Positions 1-12,768 of a stretch of 64,000 bases of DNA are shown piece by piece (the stretch's first letter is position 1; each line of letters begins with the position of its first letter). Both the position numbers and the translations under genes were made by a program. This DNA comes from Coniocarpon cinnabarinum (Eukaryota): contig JAVECO010000130.1 of assembly GCA_051942205.1 (NCBI GenBank), forward strand, positions 1 through 64,000, in the 5' to 3' direction. The notes below the pieces were generated by a model that did no database searches, was not told the DNA's origin, and was given only the letters and a program-made list of their open reading frames with translations.

Positions 1-205
1 CCCCATCCTCCGGCCTGGCCCTCATCTTCTCCTTCGTTGTCTCAGCACTCCACCCTCCCCGGGCCCGTCCCCACCATCCAATCTCCCGACAGCCCAGTGC
101 TCTTTTCTCTTTTCTCATCTTTTTTACCTTGCCCCGCCGAATGTCTTTCCTCTCTCCTTCCTCTTCTGCGCTCTCCCTTTGCTTCGTGCCCCCGCGCGGC
201 GCGTG

Positions 206-2643
206 ATGCAAGCTGGCATGAATTCTCGTTTCTCCAAACTCAAAGATCATATCGGCGCAAATCGACGCCGCTCCTCCAACCAGCTCCCAAACGGCAGCTC
301 GTCCACCCTCGTAGGCGCGTCAGGCGCAAACAATCTCGTCCCATCCTCCTCCCACGGCAGTCCTCTCTCCCAGTCGAACTCGTCCACCACCTCAATCCCC
401 ATCAACGGCGCTCCCGGCCAGCAGCCAGCAAACAGCACCCACCACCCCAGCTCAGACCATCACCCCCAGTACCCGTACAGCCCGCGGAACCCCAGCCTTG
501 GCCCCCCGCACCCGTCTGCCGCTCAGCAGACGCCGACCCAGGGCCGTCCGACGAGCCCCCTTCCTCCTCCTATACAAACGCCTGGCCAGGTCCCTCCTCC
601 CGGTCCTCCTCATCCTCCTCCAGGCCATCAAATGTACGGACAGCCACCCCCGTACCCGCAAGGGCCACCGCCTCCACCCCTAGGTCACCAAGGAGGAGGC
701 GGAGGATACGGATATGGCTTTGGCAGAGGAGCAGAGCTTGATGCAGGCGGGCGCGGTGGTGCACAGAGCAGAGCACAGCTGATTGTCGGCATCGATTTCG
801 TGAGTATACTCATGGCCAGTCATTATCGCGGAGCGTCATTACTAATATCTGACATAGGGCACGACCTTCTCTGGTGTAGCCTTCGCTTTTGCAACCAACA
901 CTGAGGCGAAGGAGGACATCATTACTGAGTGGCCTGGCGCCGGTAACCAGACCAAGCAAAAGGTAAAGCGATTCAAGCTCTAGCAGACACACTGACATGA
1001 AATACTGACACGACCAGATTCCCACTGTGCTCTACTATGACCAGTATCAGCAAGTAGTGGGGTGGGGTCCCGATATTGCGGAGGCTCTCGCACCCACGGG
1101 CTACCCTAAGCCGGGTGTCCAAAAAGTAGAATGGTTCAAGCTGCAACTGATGTTGTCGGGCAATACATACATCGACCCTATTAATCTTCCTCCACTACCG
1201 CCTGGCAAGTCAGAAATCGATGTCGCCGCAGATTACCTATTCAAGCTTCGACAAGCCATGCGAAGCCAACTGCAAAAGACTTTAGGAGAAGTCTTTGCTC
1301 GTGAGGAGCGCAACATTCGGTATTTTCTAACTGTACCCGCTATCTGGAATGATGCCGGTAAGGCGGCTACACGTTCTGCTGCGATCAAGGCTGGCTTTCT
1401 GCAAGATGAGAATGATCCACGCTTGACACTAATCACAGAGCCCGAAGCGGCTGCCATGTTCTGCTCCAAGACCGGTCTGTTGAACCTCAAAATCCACGAC
1501 GCTGTCCTCATTGTCGACTGTGGGGGTGGAACCGTGGATTTGATTGCATACGAGGTTGAAGAAGAGCAGCCGTTCACAGTGTGTGAATGCACAGCAGGAA
1601 GCGGTGACTCGTGCGGTAGTACCGCGTTGAATCGAAACTTTTCCAACATTCTCCGTGCCAAAATCCGCAAGATGAAGCTACCCGACGGTTCGCGAACCGC
1701 CGGTAAAGTCTATGCGAAATGTATTATGGATTTTGAAAACCGCATCAAAGCTGATTTCAGAAACAACGGCCAGAAATGGGCCGTCGACGTTGGTATTGAA
1801 GCTGAATTCCCCGAAGCTGGCATTGAAGAGGGTTACATGACCTTCACCAACGAAGAGATCTTGCAATGTTTTGAGCCTGTCGTAAACCGCATTTTGGAGC
1901 TGGTCAGAAATCAGATCATCGCCATTCAAGCACAAAACAGGCCGTTGCAAAATGTGCTAGTTGTCGGTGGCTTCGGCGCATCCGAATATCTGTTCCAACA
2001 GATCCAGCTCCATGTCCCACCTCAGTTTCAGTCAAAGGTCGTTCGGCCCATGGACTCCGTTGCCGCAATTGTCAAGGGTGCAGTGACGGCGGGTATCACA
2101 GAGCGCGTCGTCACCAGCCGTATCGCGCGACGACACTATCTGATGGCTACACTGCAGCCGTTCAAAGAAGGGCATCACCCAGAGGCGTACCGTGTACCGA
2201 GTCTTGATGGCAAAGATCGGTGCAAGTACACGCGTCAAATTTTTGTGCAAAAGGGCCAGCGCGTCAAGAACGGCGAGCCGGTCAAAGTCAGCTTCTTCAG
2301 ACAAGTGGCGCCTGGCGCAACGTTGATGTATGAGGATGTGTTGTATGCGTGTGATGATGATGTTTGTCCTGAGTACACCAAAGATCCCAGTGAGTCTCAC
2401 GAGCATTGACCGTTAAGATGTAGTATATTGACCTATTGCGCAGGAGTCAAGGAGGTTGTCACGCTGACCTCAGACCTGTCACGCAAGAATCTCGAGAAGG
2501 ATTTTGAGCGCATGGACACACCTCAGGGTACATTCTACAGGGTCTATTTCGACATCTACTTGACCTTGGATGGCAGCGAGTTCAATGCTGAGCTGGTATG
2601 CCAAGGCGAGGTCATGGGTCGTTGCTCTGCTAGATTTAAATAA
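206..2643 (+). CDS. Hsp70/actin-like ATPase domain protein (fungal HSPA12-like) with Pro/Gly-rich N-terminus
   Basis: Spliced model with introns 800-857, 963-1017 and 2390-2443 restores IVGIDF|GTTFSG. Also has TVPAIW, EPEAAA, VDCGGGTVD and LVVGGFGASEYL motifs. Start is ATG 206 or 218. Confidence 0.9.
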
Positions 2644-3183
2644 GCCACGCAGATGTGAGTAGTAAAGGCATCGATGGCCCCAGGCAGCCGTAAGGCCGTC
2701 GTTTCAGTGCCAGTGGAGGACAGAAGGATGCATATGAAAAATGGTCCAACAGTCAAGACGGACACCGCATAACGACACCATATGACTAGGACATGTCTAA
2801 ACGGATGAAAAAGAGAGATACCCAAGCCGCCGGCTAGGTCATGGCGTGCACGCTTCAGAGCAACGCCGCGGATCAGCAGCAACAATATAAAATCGGAATA
2901 AGGCGTCGATGTGTGCTTCTCTCCCCGGATATGATGCATCTCAGACTTGGTAGCGTGGGCGTCAGTTTCTTTGATCAGTGTGACGATTTGTCGAGTACTA
3001 TATAGCAGCATGAAGACTTTGCTTCACAATCAAGTCAGATATACCTTCAATCGAGGCCATCTTCCATTTCTACTACACTATGCGGTGCGTGCGCGTCATG
3101 GGAAGTGTTCGTCCGTCGATGCACGAATCTTGATTGCGCGTTAGGCGCAACCTCGTGTCTGATGACTCTTTTGATCTGGGGCA

Positions 3184-3185
<2 letters not shown>

Positions 3186-3229
<44 letters not shown>
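3186..3229. repeat. (TC)22/(GA)22 microsatellite just downstream of the RPL17 stop codon
   Basis: Perfect dinucleotide run read directly. Confidence 0.97.
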
Positions 3230-3233
<4 letters not shown>

Positions 3234-3253
3234 CCACTATCATCATCCACACC

Positions 3254-3979
3254 CTACGACTCCATAATCGCCCTCCGCACTCTCCCCGCTCGCTGCCGCC
3301 CACTCAACCTCCCCGCCTCCCGTCTGACCACCTGTGGCCCCTTCTGCACCACCTCCTCGCCCTCCGTCAAGATCATCTCAATGTGACACGGATTGCTCAT
3401 GTATGGGTTGATTCGCCCGTGCGCGCGATACGTCCGGCGCCGTTGCTTCGGCGCCTGATTCACCTGGATGTGCTTCACGATGAGGTTCGCGGTGTCAAGA
3501 CCCTTGGTGTCGGCGTTGGCTTCGGCGTTTTTGAGCAGGCCAATCAGATGTTCAGCGCTCTTGAGGGGCCAGCGGGCTTTGGACACGCCGAATTCTTTGC
3601 CTGTGACAACAAATGAGCATGACGGCGGGAATGTGCTTTACAAGTACAGGCGGACTGACCCTGTGCGGTGCGGCCGGTGGACCCGGCATACCGTCTCATC
3701 GGCACCGCTTGACGGTGTTCCTTGACATTCTCGAGGTAGCGGAGCGCCTTTTGCAGATTCCAGCCGTTGATGGCCTGGGCTGTTTCGCGAGTGTTTTTGA
3801 AGCTGACGCGCAGGTAGCTGCCGCGGGCGCGTGCGGACTTGGATGGTTCGATGGGAGTGCCTCCGTAACGGACCTGTGAAGCGCATTGTTAACGGGTTGT
3901 CTTGCGGGGTGGGATGCAGCTGGATTGATAGATCGTGATCTTTTGGATAAGGAAAAAATTTGGAGGTGAGTCGTACCAT
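3254..3979 (-). CDS. RPL17: 60S ribosomal protein L17 (uL22)
   Basis: Introns 3874-3976 (directly after ATG) and 3601-3659. Peptide [23 protein letters not shown]...[22 protein letters not shown]. Confidence 0.96.
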
Positions 3980-4381
3980 CTTGACGTATGTCCTGTGCTC
4001 GTCGTGTGGAGGCTTGCAATGTATGCGTTGATGTGGTTATCACAAGCAGCTGGCGATGTCTGGCGCGGCTTGCGGAAAAGTGGGCTTAGGTAAGCACATA
4101 TCAAGAGATCCGTGCGTCAATGCCAAGAATTTCAGAGCTTGTGGAGCTTTTCATGTCAACCACTGCAAATGTACTGCGCAGATCGCTAAGCTCACAGTCC
4201 TTTGCGCCCTCGAACATATTCTACATCCACTTACTAGTTTCACAGCATCAGTATCTGACAGAGCTAGTGCTAGATATGCGCCTGATTTGAGGGTTTATTC
4301 CGCCTAATCAGCAACCTCTGAGATTTGTTTCAGACACTCGGACCCGGAGAGCTTTCAATCCGAGCTCTACACAATAGTCTC

Positions 4382-5503
4382 ATGGCGTACGGACCGCCGC
4401 GTGGACGAGGCGATCGCGGTGGCGGGCGTGGTGGAGGGCGAGGTGGCTTTGCCGGCAGAGGCGACAGAGGTGGCCGAGGCGGTGGTTTTAGCAGAGGTAA
4501 GGATTCCCTAAAGGAAGAGCAGCTCTCGAAGCGGTGGTGCTCACTTCCGATATAGGTGGTGACAGAGGAAGAGGTCGTGGCGCACCAAGAGGAGGCCGTG
4601 GAGCCCCACGTGGGAGAGGCGGTGTAGGAAAGAAAACGGGTGGGAAGGGTGGCCAAAAGACTATTGTTGAGCCGCACAGACATCCTGGCATCTTCGTGGG
4701 ACGAGGGAAAGAAGACTATTTGTTGACGAAGAGTCTGGCGCCAGGCGAGAGCGTATAGTAAGTGTCCACTCCCTTTGCTCTTCTTCCAATCAATAAGTCC
4801 TGCAGCGCTCTAACCAACACCTTTTCTCAGCGGCGAAAAGCGAATTTCGATCGACGACACCTCCCTCTCCAACGGTCTCACAAACGGCGACACCGCGGAC
4901 GGTGATGACGCCTCTAAACCCACCACCAAGACCGAGTACCGCGTCTGGAACCCCTTCCGCAGCAAGCTTGCAGCCGGTGTCCTCGGTGGTCTCTCACAAA
5001 TCTACATGGGTCCCGGTAGCAAGGTCCTCTATCTCGGTGCCGCATCAGGCACATCAGTCAGCCACGTCGCCGACATCGTCGGTCCCACCGGTCTCGTCTA
5101 CGCCGTTGAATTCTCCCATCGCTCCGGACGAGATCTAATTTCCATGGCGACGAAGCGACAGAACGTCATCCCCATCGTGGAAGACGCTCGACATCCCCTC
5201 AAATACCGCATGCTGGTCGGCATGGTCGACTGCATCTTCGCCGACGTCGCGCAGCCGGATCAAGCGCGCATCGTGGGCTATAATGCGCAGTACTTTTTGA
5301 AGATGGGGGGCGGAGTGCTCGTCAGTATCAAGGCGAATTGCATTGACTCGACGAAGCCACCGCCGCAGGTGTTTGCGAACGAGGTGGATAAGATGCGAGG
5401 ACTGAACATGAAGCCGAAGGAGCAGTTGACGTTGGAGCCGTATGAACGAGATCACGCCATGGTGGCGGCGGAGTACTTGCACGTGCAGCAGGGCAAGAAA
5501 TAG
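4382..5503 (+). CDS. NOP1: Fibrillarin, rRNA 2'-O-methyltransferase
   Basis: RGG/GAR N-terminus, [30 protein letters not shown] and FADVAQPDQ. Introns 4497-4555 and 4758-4830. Confidence 0.97.
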
Positions 5504-6046
5504 TGAACATTCCCACTCAGCGTGGCTGTCTGATCATTCTGCGCTGGAATTACTGTGGAATAGCACAAGGAGACCGGGTGGTGCATATGCTGGTGTGATT
5601 TCCACGGACAAGTGCACAAAATCGCGAGGGCGTTGATTGGGGTAGGTTTTTGTACGGAAATGACCTGCTATAAGTCGAATGACAAATCTGAATGTTCACA
5701 TGAACGCAGCAGCAGCTCAGAGACGGCCCTGCTATTCTAATGTAGTCAGCACGTGTGACTGACGATAGCGATCGGTCGTGTAATCCCTCGCCCGCTGCTA
5801 GAACGGTGTTCCTGCTGTTTTATTTAGATGATGAGTTGTCCGCAAGCAGGCGAAGCCGCAAGATAGCAATTACCCTATGCCATTTCATACAACTTGGAGT
5901 GCAAATAAGCTCACGCTAATATGAAACAACCTGAAACGTAGCTAGAACGTGCTGCGATGCGGCGTCACATGCGGATAGCTCGAGGCTGTCTTATATACAC
6001 GTAGCCTCTCAAACTTTGTTGGCGTCTATGAATCTAATCACGCTGC

Positions 6047-7684
6047 TCACGATCCTTGGTGCGTAGCCTCATACCTCTTCCCTCTGAAAGCCCACACGCC
6101 CCAATTCCCACAACTCACATCCGCCGGGTCCAAATCATTTAGATCCCACCTCAAGCTTCGAAACACGTTCTCGCCAGGCTCTAATAGCACGTCCATCTCG
6201 CCCTTCTCCCGTTGCTCATCAACGGCTTTTCTAAAATTCTCGTCTTTGCTTGCCACTTCCTCGGCATCTGGTGCCCCCAGCAATCCTCTGTTCAACGCCG
6301 TCGGCCCTCCATTCGTCTTTTCAACGACCCACCGTCGGTCCCGCTCCATGTCCCATTCCGTATATCCCGTGCACACAACCGGACACTTCGTCTCCAGCAA
6401 ACTCTGCAGACTCCCTTCCCACTCGTGACTACTCGCCGGGTGTCCAAAGCCAGGATGAAACGCAACGAAAACATCAAAGTAGGGGTCAAACACCCCGAAT
6501 TCGCCGCGCTCATACAGCGTATGCCAGTACTCGACGTATGTCGAGATCTTCATAGCGCCGCCGATGCGATCCTCGACCACGGCGCCGAAGGGATTCCGTG
6601 GCGTCCGCTCAGGTAACGGAAATTCGGCGTCGCGATTTGCCATGGCTTCGGGTCCAATGAAGATAAGGTGGAACTTGGCGCGGGGAAAGCAATGCGTGAG
6701 TTGGAGCCAGACTTCCCGGGGAAGGGACGATTCCGCGCGAGCGCCGAGGACGAAGATGCGGATTGGTGGGGGTGCCGGACGGAGACCTTTCACGGTGCCG
6801 TCGTCGCCCTGTCGAGGCGGATGGAGCGTGTAGCGGAGAGCGGCGAGTGAGCGTAGTCCCTCGGCAGTGAGACGTGAATTTCGGAGACTATAGGGCGAGA
6901 GCTCGTGGAGTACTGATGCCACGGTGAGTGGGTAAGTCAGTAGGCGCGTGACCTGCCGCATGGCGCGTTCATCATCCACGGCGTTGAAATCCCGTGTATA
7001 TAAAAAGGTGTCCCAATTGGCCATGTTCAAGACAAATTCTTCTGCGCGCTGTGGACCGGGGTATGCGAACTCAGGGAAGAAGCGACCAGATCGGAGATCG
7101 TGATCGTCCTCGTTGATCTGCCTCAGTATATCGCACACCTCCAGATGTGCCTCGTAATCTTCGGCGTAGTGCGCCTCGCAGCATGACACAGGGACACCGC
7201 AATCGGGGCATTCGAAAGAGACATGGGCGGGAGCCTGCGCTGGAGCGCCAACGCCTGGGACGGGTTTGCGGGTTTCAGGGTCCGTCGGACCAGCTGCGTA
7301 GCGTGTGCGGTGATGTGAGGGGTGCGGACAGTAAGCTTGCTGCTTCATAAATGCAGCTCGACGGCGAATATCGGGTGAAGGCGAGGATGAGAAGCTATGG
7401 AAGAGGTTATCTGGTCGAAGCAGAGCGCGGGAGGTGTCTGCGGTGGGCGTTCCCAGGCTGGTGATGTAGGGATCTAGGGTATTAGAGGAGAACTGAGGCT
7501 GCGTAGAGGCATGGCGAGAATACTGGGTGCAATTAGAAGAGTTGACGGAGGTCGCCGGCTTGTGCGGTGGTTCCGGGTGTGAGATGGAGGAGAGGAGGCG
7601 GCGTGAGTCTTGTGGGCTTGAGTACCTTTGGGTACGATACAGCAGCTGCCAGCAGCGGCGACACACAGACTTGGAACCGTTCAT
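6047..7684 (-). CDS. MSS51: Mitochondrial Cox1 translation/assembly factor Mss51
   Basis: INEDDHDLRSGRFFPEF, NWDTFLYTR, LGARAESSLP and FHPGFGHP motifs. N-terminus is presequence-like. Confidence 0.9.
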   Translation of the reverse strand: MNGSKSVCRRCWQLLYRTQRYSSPQDSRRLLSSISHPEPPHKPATSVNSSNCTQYSRHASTQPQFSSNTLDPYITSLGTPTADTSRALLRPDNLFHSFSSSPSPDIRRRAAFMKQQAYCPHPSHHRTRYAAGPTDPETRKPVPGVGAPAQAPAHVSFECPDCGVPVSCCEAHYAEDYEAHLEVCDILRQINEDDHDLRSGRFFPEFAYPGPQRAEEFVLNMANWDTFLYTRDFNAVDDERAMRQVTRLLTYPLTVASVLHELSPYSLRNSRLTAEGLRSLAALRYTLHPPRQGDDGTVKGLRPAPPPIRIFVLGARAESSLPREVWLQLTHCFPRAKFHLIFIGPEAMANRDAEFPLPERTPRNPFGAVVEDRIGGAMKISTYVEYWHTLYERGEFGVFDPYFDVFVAFHPGFGHPASSHEWEGSLQSLLETKCPVVCTGYTEWDMERDRRWVVEKTNGGPTALNRGLLGAPDAEEVASKDENFRKAVDEQREKGEMDVLLEPGENVFRSLRWDLNDLDPADVSCGNWGVWAFRGKRYEATHQGS

Positions 7685-8253
7685 ACTTTTGCTAGAATAG
7701 GTTTCTGACAAGAGCAGTGCGGGTGAGCGTCGTTTGCGCGTTGTTCATCTTCAATGGAGTGAGTGCCAGGGCAGTAACGTCACGTTAGAGGACACATATC
7801 ACGTGACCCGAATCGGATCCACTAGGAGCTGTATATATATCTCGTTGCGCAGTGTCATTATCGCAAGAGCTACTACAGCAGTAGTCAATGCTGATTGACT
7901 GTTGCGAAAACAAGCAGGCCATGGGCGTGCGCTTTGGCGAGATTGGAGAGCCTCGTATGGGAAAACATTGATTTGCAAGATTGTCTGTCAATATTTATGT
8001 ATCGTGTCTCTTCACTTCGGTGTGAACGTATGCTAAGCAAAGCGAAGACCGTGTATCTACTTCACAGTCGTCAATTCTGAAATTTTACAGCGAAAGTATC
8101 TTGAAGCGCTATTTGCGCCGGCTTACTAATCTAACATCTCAAGCGCGGTCCAATAGAGCTGTTCATTTTGTGGATACGTGTATTGCAGTGCAACCGAGCC
8201 TTTTACGGCATCGGGATATCTGTACCGTCTCGCAGCACGTCTTTCTCCAAGGT

Positions 8254-9406
8254 TTAAGCCCGATGCGGCTCGCCATTCCGGTTCCCATGGATTCGAGCAG
8301 AATCCCAGGTCGAGGAACCACCACATGACCACGACGAGTGGGGTCGAGGACTTGAAAAGCTGTGCCTTCTTGGTGGCCAAACTAGCACTCTTCTGCTTGT
8401 AATGCATGACTGTACAGTCATACTCAGAGGGGCAGTACTGACAACGGAACTTCTGCAATGGTGGTCGTCTGTGCTAAGGAAAAAAGGTAGGCTGTCGAGT
8501 CTGTATACCTTGCTGTTGGCCAAAGCAGTCTTGCGCTCCTTGATGTCGAGCTCCTTGGAAAACGTATCAAACGCGCGACCTATTGTTTTGCCGTATTCGC
8601 GTATCAATACGAGTGATCGCCGTTGATGTGGACAGGCTACGAGGCTTGTGAACTCATTTTCACCTCCAAGGCTAAGCTCTAAGCCCTCTTTGATATCTAC
8701 TGGCAACCATGTCGACATTCCTACGATCAATCGCTTATCGTGCGTGACTCTTAATTGTCGAGTGTGCAGGGCTTTTGATCCATTCAAAATGAATTTGTAC
8801 TGTTTCCTCAGCAATCGGGTTTCCTGGCCGTGCTGTGCAGACAGAAAATGCTTGCGCATGAATAAATGCAGCCAGAGCCTAGGTATTACCTCTTAGCTGT
8901 AGTGGAAAACCGTTGAGGAATGTTCAGAGCGATTCTCAATGGAGTGAAAGACACTTTGGCTGTATTCCATTTGCAGAACATCAATGTGCTCACCATTCTA
9001 AGTGGATCTCACCAGACTCAGTCAAGGCGAGCCGACAGGTATACAGCTGACAGCTCAACTTCTCATACTTGAAGCGCGTAAGTATTGGTTGATCGTGGTA
9101 TACTTGGCAGCTGGGGCACCAGAACTTGTTCTTGAACGAAAACTGCATGCACTGGAGGAGCTCTACACGCTCTGCTTTGTCGACTTGGCCGCCGCTCAGT
9201 GTCACTTTTGCATTGTAGATCTGCTTAAAGTACTTTGATGTCACGGCGAGCCGGACTCGGGCTTGCATCGTCAGATGAGGCCATATTTCTAACCAGAGCT
9301 CCGAAGGCAAGGATGTTTGGTTTGAGCCGGGAAGGACTCGTGTTCTGTTTATACGCGTCGGTTGAGGTGATGGTGGCGATCGTGGGGGTATCGATCGGAC
9401 ACGCAT
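8254..9406 (-). CDS. Putative F-box protein, lineage-specific (exon structure uncertain; may extend to ATG 9760)
   Basis: LPSELWLEIWPHL...LAVTSKYF F-box-like motif and WCPSCQVYH. A possible intron ~8880-8992 joins the downstream ORF in frame. Confidence 0.5.
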
Positions 9407-9915
9407 CTAAACCAGGTAGTAGTCCGCAAGGCTATTGTGTCGAACCAGCTCAAGTATGCCAAACAGCGCTGAGGTACCACAGAAGCCAAGTGAGAGAATG
9501 CACGTGTCTCGGCATTTACATGCGAACAGCAGGCCATTTATCATCATGCAACTGGCATGGCATACAGTCACATGGATGGCTACGTAGTCCGCACGGCTGA
9601 AGAACGTTACCTCATTCACGTTAGGACAAGGTCTACGGCCAGGTAGGTAGTATTTGCTGCAAGGAGATGCGTCATATGGCCGTGGCTGGCTAATGAGACA
9701 ATGCGAACCACGCCGCCAAAGGAAACGAGGCAGATGCACGCCAGGAATCACGGTCGCCATACTGCCGTCGCTACGTAGTCATCGCAAAAAGATCCAGTAA
9801 TTCGCTCAAATAGGTTTGGAGCCGCTCTGTCAGCTAACAAACAGATCAGCGACCACCAGATATCCAGTTCCTCACATAAACTTAACAGCCTGCGTGGACC
9901 TTTTCGACTCTCCCA

Positions 9916-12447
9916 CTATTTTTTCTTGCCCTTCTTCTTGGCCTTTGCTACCTTCTTCTCCCCATTCATCTCCTTCCCCTTCTTCTTTCCAACTTTGCCA
10001 TCTAGACGGTCGGCGCGAGCATCGAGTCTCTTTTTGTCTTTGCCACTGAGCTTCTTCTTTGCCTTTCCTGCCGGGAGACTGTTCTCTCGACCATCCTGAG
10101 TAGCACCGATAACACCTAGGCGTTGATCAAGCCCCTTTCCCTTGGCTGCCTTCTTGTCGTTCTCACTCTGGAACCATGTTCGCCGCGGCCGGCCTTTGAT
10201 CTCATCCTCGTGCTTAAGCAAATTCTCGCTCTTGGTCATGTCGCGTTCTGTCTGCTGAAGTAGCTTCTCTTCCTTTTCTTCTTTCATAATCTCGTCCATC
10301 TCGCCCTTCATTTGTTCAATCTCAACAGCAAGAGACTTGACCGAGTCTGCTGGCAATGCTCGTGTGCGCATGGGCGCGTTCTGGGATTTGGCGATCTTGA
10401 GGATTGGTCGGAGTAGGGCCCGTTCGGAAGCCGCCTGCTTAGGGGCTTCCTTGCCTTTTGCGCCTTTCATAGCAGACTTGGGCTTCGAACTAGACCCATC
10501 GAAGACGGTGACGGAAACACCACCACGACCGGCACGAGCTGTTCGGCCAACGCGATGAAGATATGTTGTCGAGGTGGTGGGGACCGCGTAATTGATAACA
10601 GTTTCTACACGCGGAATGTCAAGACCACGGCTGGCGAGGTCAGTAGCAAGAAGATGTGTGGCACGACCGTCGCGGAAAGATGAGACGGCATTGAGCCGGT
10701 GTTCCTGGGACATGGACCCGTGTAACTCAGCGGCTTGAATGTTGCGTAGGGCAAAGAGGATTTTTACTCGGTGCGCAAGATGCTTGGTTGGGATAAACAC
10801 AATCGTGCGTGAAGTATAGACATGGGTGCATAGATGGAGTAGATATGCTTGTCGCATGTAATCTTGATCGTCTTTAGGAGTGGTAGTATATTTGATCTTG
10901 ACAAACTCCTGAACGAGCTTGGGCACAGTACTCTTCTGCGCATCCACAACGAGTCGGACAGGTTTATCGAGGCCAGCGCGGATGAGATCGTCGACACCAC
11001 TTGTCATGGTGGCCGAAAAAAGCATTGTCTGTCGAGATCTTGGGATAGTCTTCAGCAGCTCGTTAAGCTCGTCCGCGAACCCGTCTTCAAGCATGCGGTC
11101 TGCTTCATCCAGGACAAGTATCTCAATGCCGTCGACGGCAAACGAAGCACTATTTCGCATGTGGTCGATGAAACGACCAGGTGTAGCAATGACAACATCT
11201 GGGCGACGCTTTAGGGTCGCTTCTTGCTCGCGTAACGACAAGCCGCCAACAATCAGCGCAAACGTAATGTCCGTGTGTTGTGCAAGTTTCGTTGCGACAG
11301 CATGACATTGGACAGCGAGCTCTCGCGTTGGCGTGAGTACAGCAACACGAGTGGTCGGAACTTTCTTCGGGCGGTACAAAAGACGCTCCAAGATAGGAAG
11401 CACGAATGCAGCAGTTTTCCCAGAGCCGGTGACAGCGCCTCCCACCACATCTTTGCCTAGTAATGCCATCGGCACCGTCTTCGACTGAATTGGAGTTGGA
11501 CTGGTGAAACCAACGGAAGTTAGACCTCTCAAGATGGGACGGGAGAGCTGCATCGACTGAAACGTTGCTGTAGACTTTGATGAAGTTGCCGTCAGCGCTT
11601 CAGGAGCGGCAAAGAAAGCGTCTCGCTTTGCTTGCTCCTCTAAATCAGAGTCCCGTTCATCTGAGCCATCCGAAACGGCAAGATCATCAGGATGGGGTAC
11701 TGGCGCAGCTGTCTCGCTCTCTTCGTCCTCGTCTTCGCTTCCTCGCTCTCCCAAGGCTTGGTGGAAGCCGGACCTCGACCTTTGCAGTAAAGATTCGTCA
11801 TTGTCTGTACTGTCACCGATACCTTCGTACTCGTCACTTTCTTGGCCCTCTGCGCCCATACCGAACGAGTCGTTGGCCAGTAGCTCATCTTCTTCTCCGT
11901 CTAGAGCCTGATCTGAATCATCTCTGGACGACTCTCCGCCTTTTCCACTGCTCGAAGTCGCTTGTTTCTCATTTATGCCCACTCGCGAAAGCTGTCGCTG
12001 CTTTTCTCTTCTCCTTTGGATGATGTCGTCGACTCCCACCTTCTTGGCTTTACCCAGCCACGGCGTATACCAGGCGCCAAGTCCTTCCTCAATCTCTCCT
12101 ACAGTATTCGGGTCGTCAAACATAAAGTCAGGGTCGAATGAACCGTCATTCTCGCCTTTGTCAGCCCAGCCAACCTCTTCATCGTCGTCCTCGTCTTCTG
12201 GCGACGATTCCTGGGCCTGACGTTTCTGGACCTTTCCCTGAGAGGCGGACACATCGTTTCGAGCCTGATTCTTGGTCTCTTTGATTCGCTTTCTCCCGGT
12301 GTTGGCCTTCGTTGGTGCGACTTGCGTTTCTTCTGCCTCAGCCTCGGCTTCTGCGTCAAGGTCTGGAATGTCGTCTGAATCAGAGAAGGAGCCAATCAAA
12401 TCATAGTCTTGTTGCCATTTGCGCTTCAAGCCATTCATAAACACCAT
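9916..12447 (-). CDS. DRS1: DEAD-box RNA helicase Drs1/DDX27 (60S biogenesis)
   Basis: [30 protein letters not shown] and [10 protein letters not shown] motifs. Acidic N-terminus; RPRRTWF in the C-terminus. Confidence 0.93.
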   Translation of the reverse strand: MVFMNGLKRKWQQDYDLIGSFSDSDDIPDLDAEAEAEAEETQVAPTKANTGRKRIKETKNQARNDVSASQGKVQKRQAQESSPEDEDDDEEVGWADKGENDGSFDPDFMFDDPNTVGEIEEGLGAWYTPWLGKAKKVGVDDIIQRRREKQRQLSRVGINEKQATSSSGKGGESSRDDSDQALDGEEDELLANDSFGMGAEGQESDEYEGIGDSTDNDESLLQRSRSGFHQALGERGSEDEDEESETAAPVPHPDDLAVSDGSDERDSDLEEQAKRDAFFAAPEALTATSSKSTATFQSMQLSRPILRGLTSVGFTSPTPIQSKTVPMALLGKDVVGGAVTGSGKTAAFVLPILERLLYRPKKVPTTRVAVLTPTRELAVQCHAVATKLAQHTDITFALIVGGLSLREQEATLKRRPDVVIATPGRFIDHMRNSASFAVDGIEILVLDEADRMLEDGFADELNELLKTIPRSRQTMLFSATMTSGVDDLIRAGLDKPVRLVVDAQKSTVPKLVQEFVKIKYTTTPKDDQDYMRQAYLLHLCTHVYTSRTIVFIPTKHLAHRVKILFALRNIQAAELHGSMSQEHRLNAVSSFRDGRATHLLATDLASRGLDIPRVETVINYAVPTTSTTYLHRVGRTARAGRGGVSVTVFDGSSSKPKSAMKGAKGKEAPKQAASERALLRPILKIAKSQNAPMRTRALPADSVKSLAVEIEQMKGEMDEIMKEEKEEKLLQQTERDMTKSENLLKHEDEIKGRPRRTWFQSENDKKAAKGKGLDQRLGVIGATQDGRENSLPAGKAKKKLSGKDKKRLDARADRLDGKVGKKKGKEMNGEKKVAKAKKKGKKK

Positions 12448-12548
12448 CCTCAGGCTCGCGTAGGTAGCTAAATCACGACTTCAAACGTGAGTACTTTTGG
12501 GCCGATATTCACCACCGCAATGGCAGTTTGAGCATAGCTTCGTTAGCG

Positions 12549-12651
12549 TGAAATTTCGCGGAATATTTTCCGACAAATGGCGTATTTTCCCCATGCGGGC
12601 CTCGGTGATGAGTATAGCCCACACTCATCGTGCTTTTTGCGCAAAGCCCAC
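12549..12651. promoter_or_regulatory. Bidirectional DRS1/RPS28 promoter with RRPE-like and inverted PAC-like motifs
   Basis: TGAAATTTC near 12549, GATGAG at 12607-12612, CTCATC at 12624-12629, AGCCCAC at 12616 and 12645. Confidence 0.5.
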
Positions 12652-12768
12652 CACTGATACGGGTCTCAGATTATCCACCGCTTGAGCTCGCTCAAATCCA
12701 TCGTAATCGAAGACCTATACCAATCTGCGCTCCAGTACTGAAGTTTCGATCCCGTCGAGTCTCTCACG

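Noticed and set aside
3047..3616. ORFs with ERERER/SLSLSL runs
   Set aside because: Translations of the microsatellite and antisense of RPL17.
5828..5934. ATGATGA...CTGA box C/D-like pair downstream of NOP1
   Set aside because: No terminal stem, no clear C'/D' boxes and no rRNA-complementary guide that I can recognise; such motifs occur by chance.
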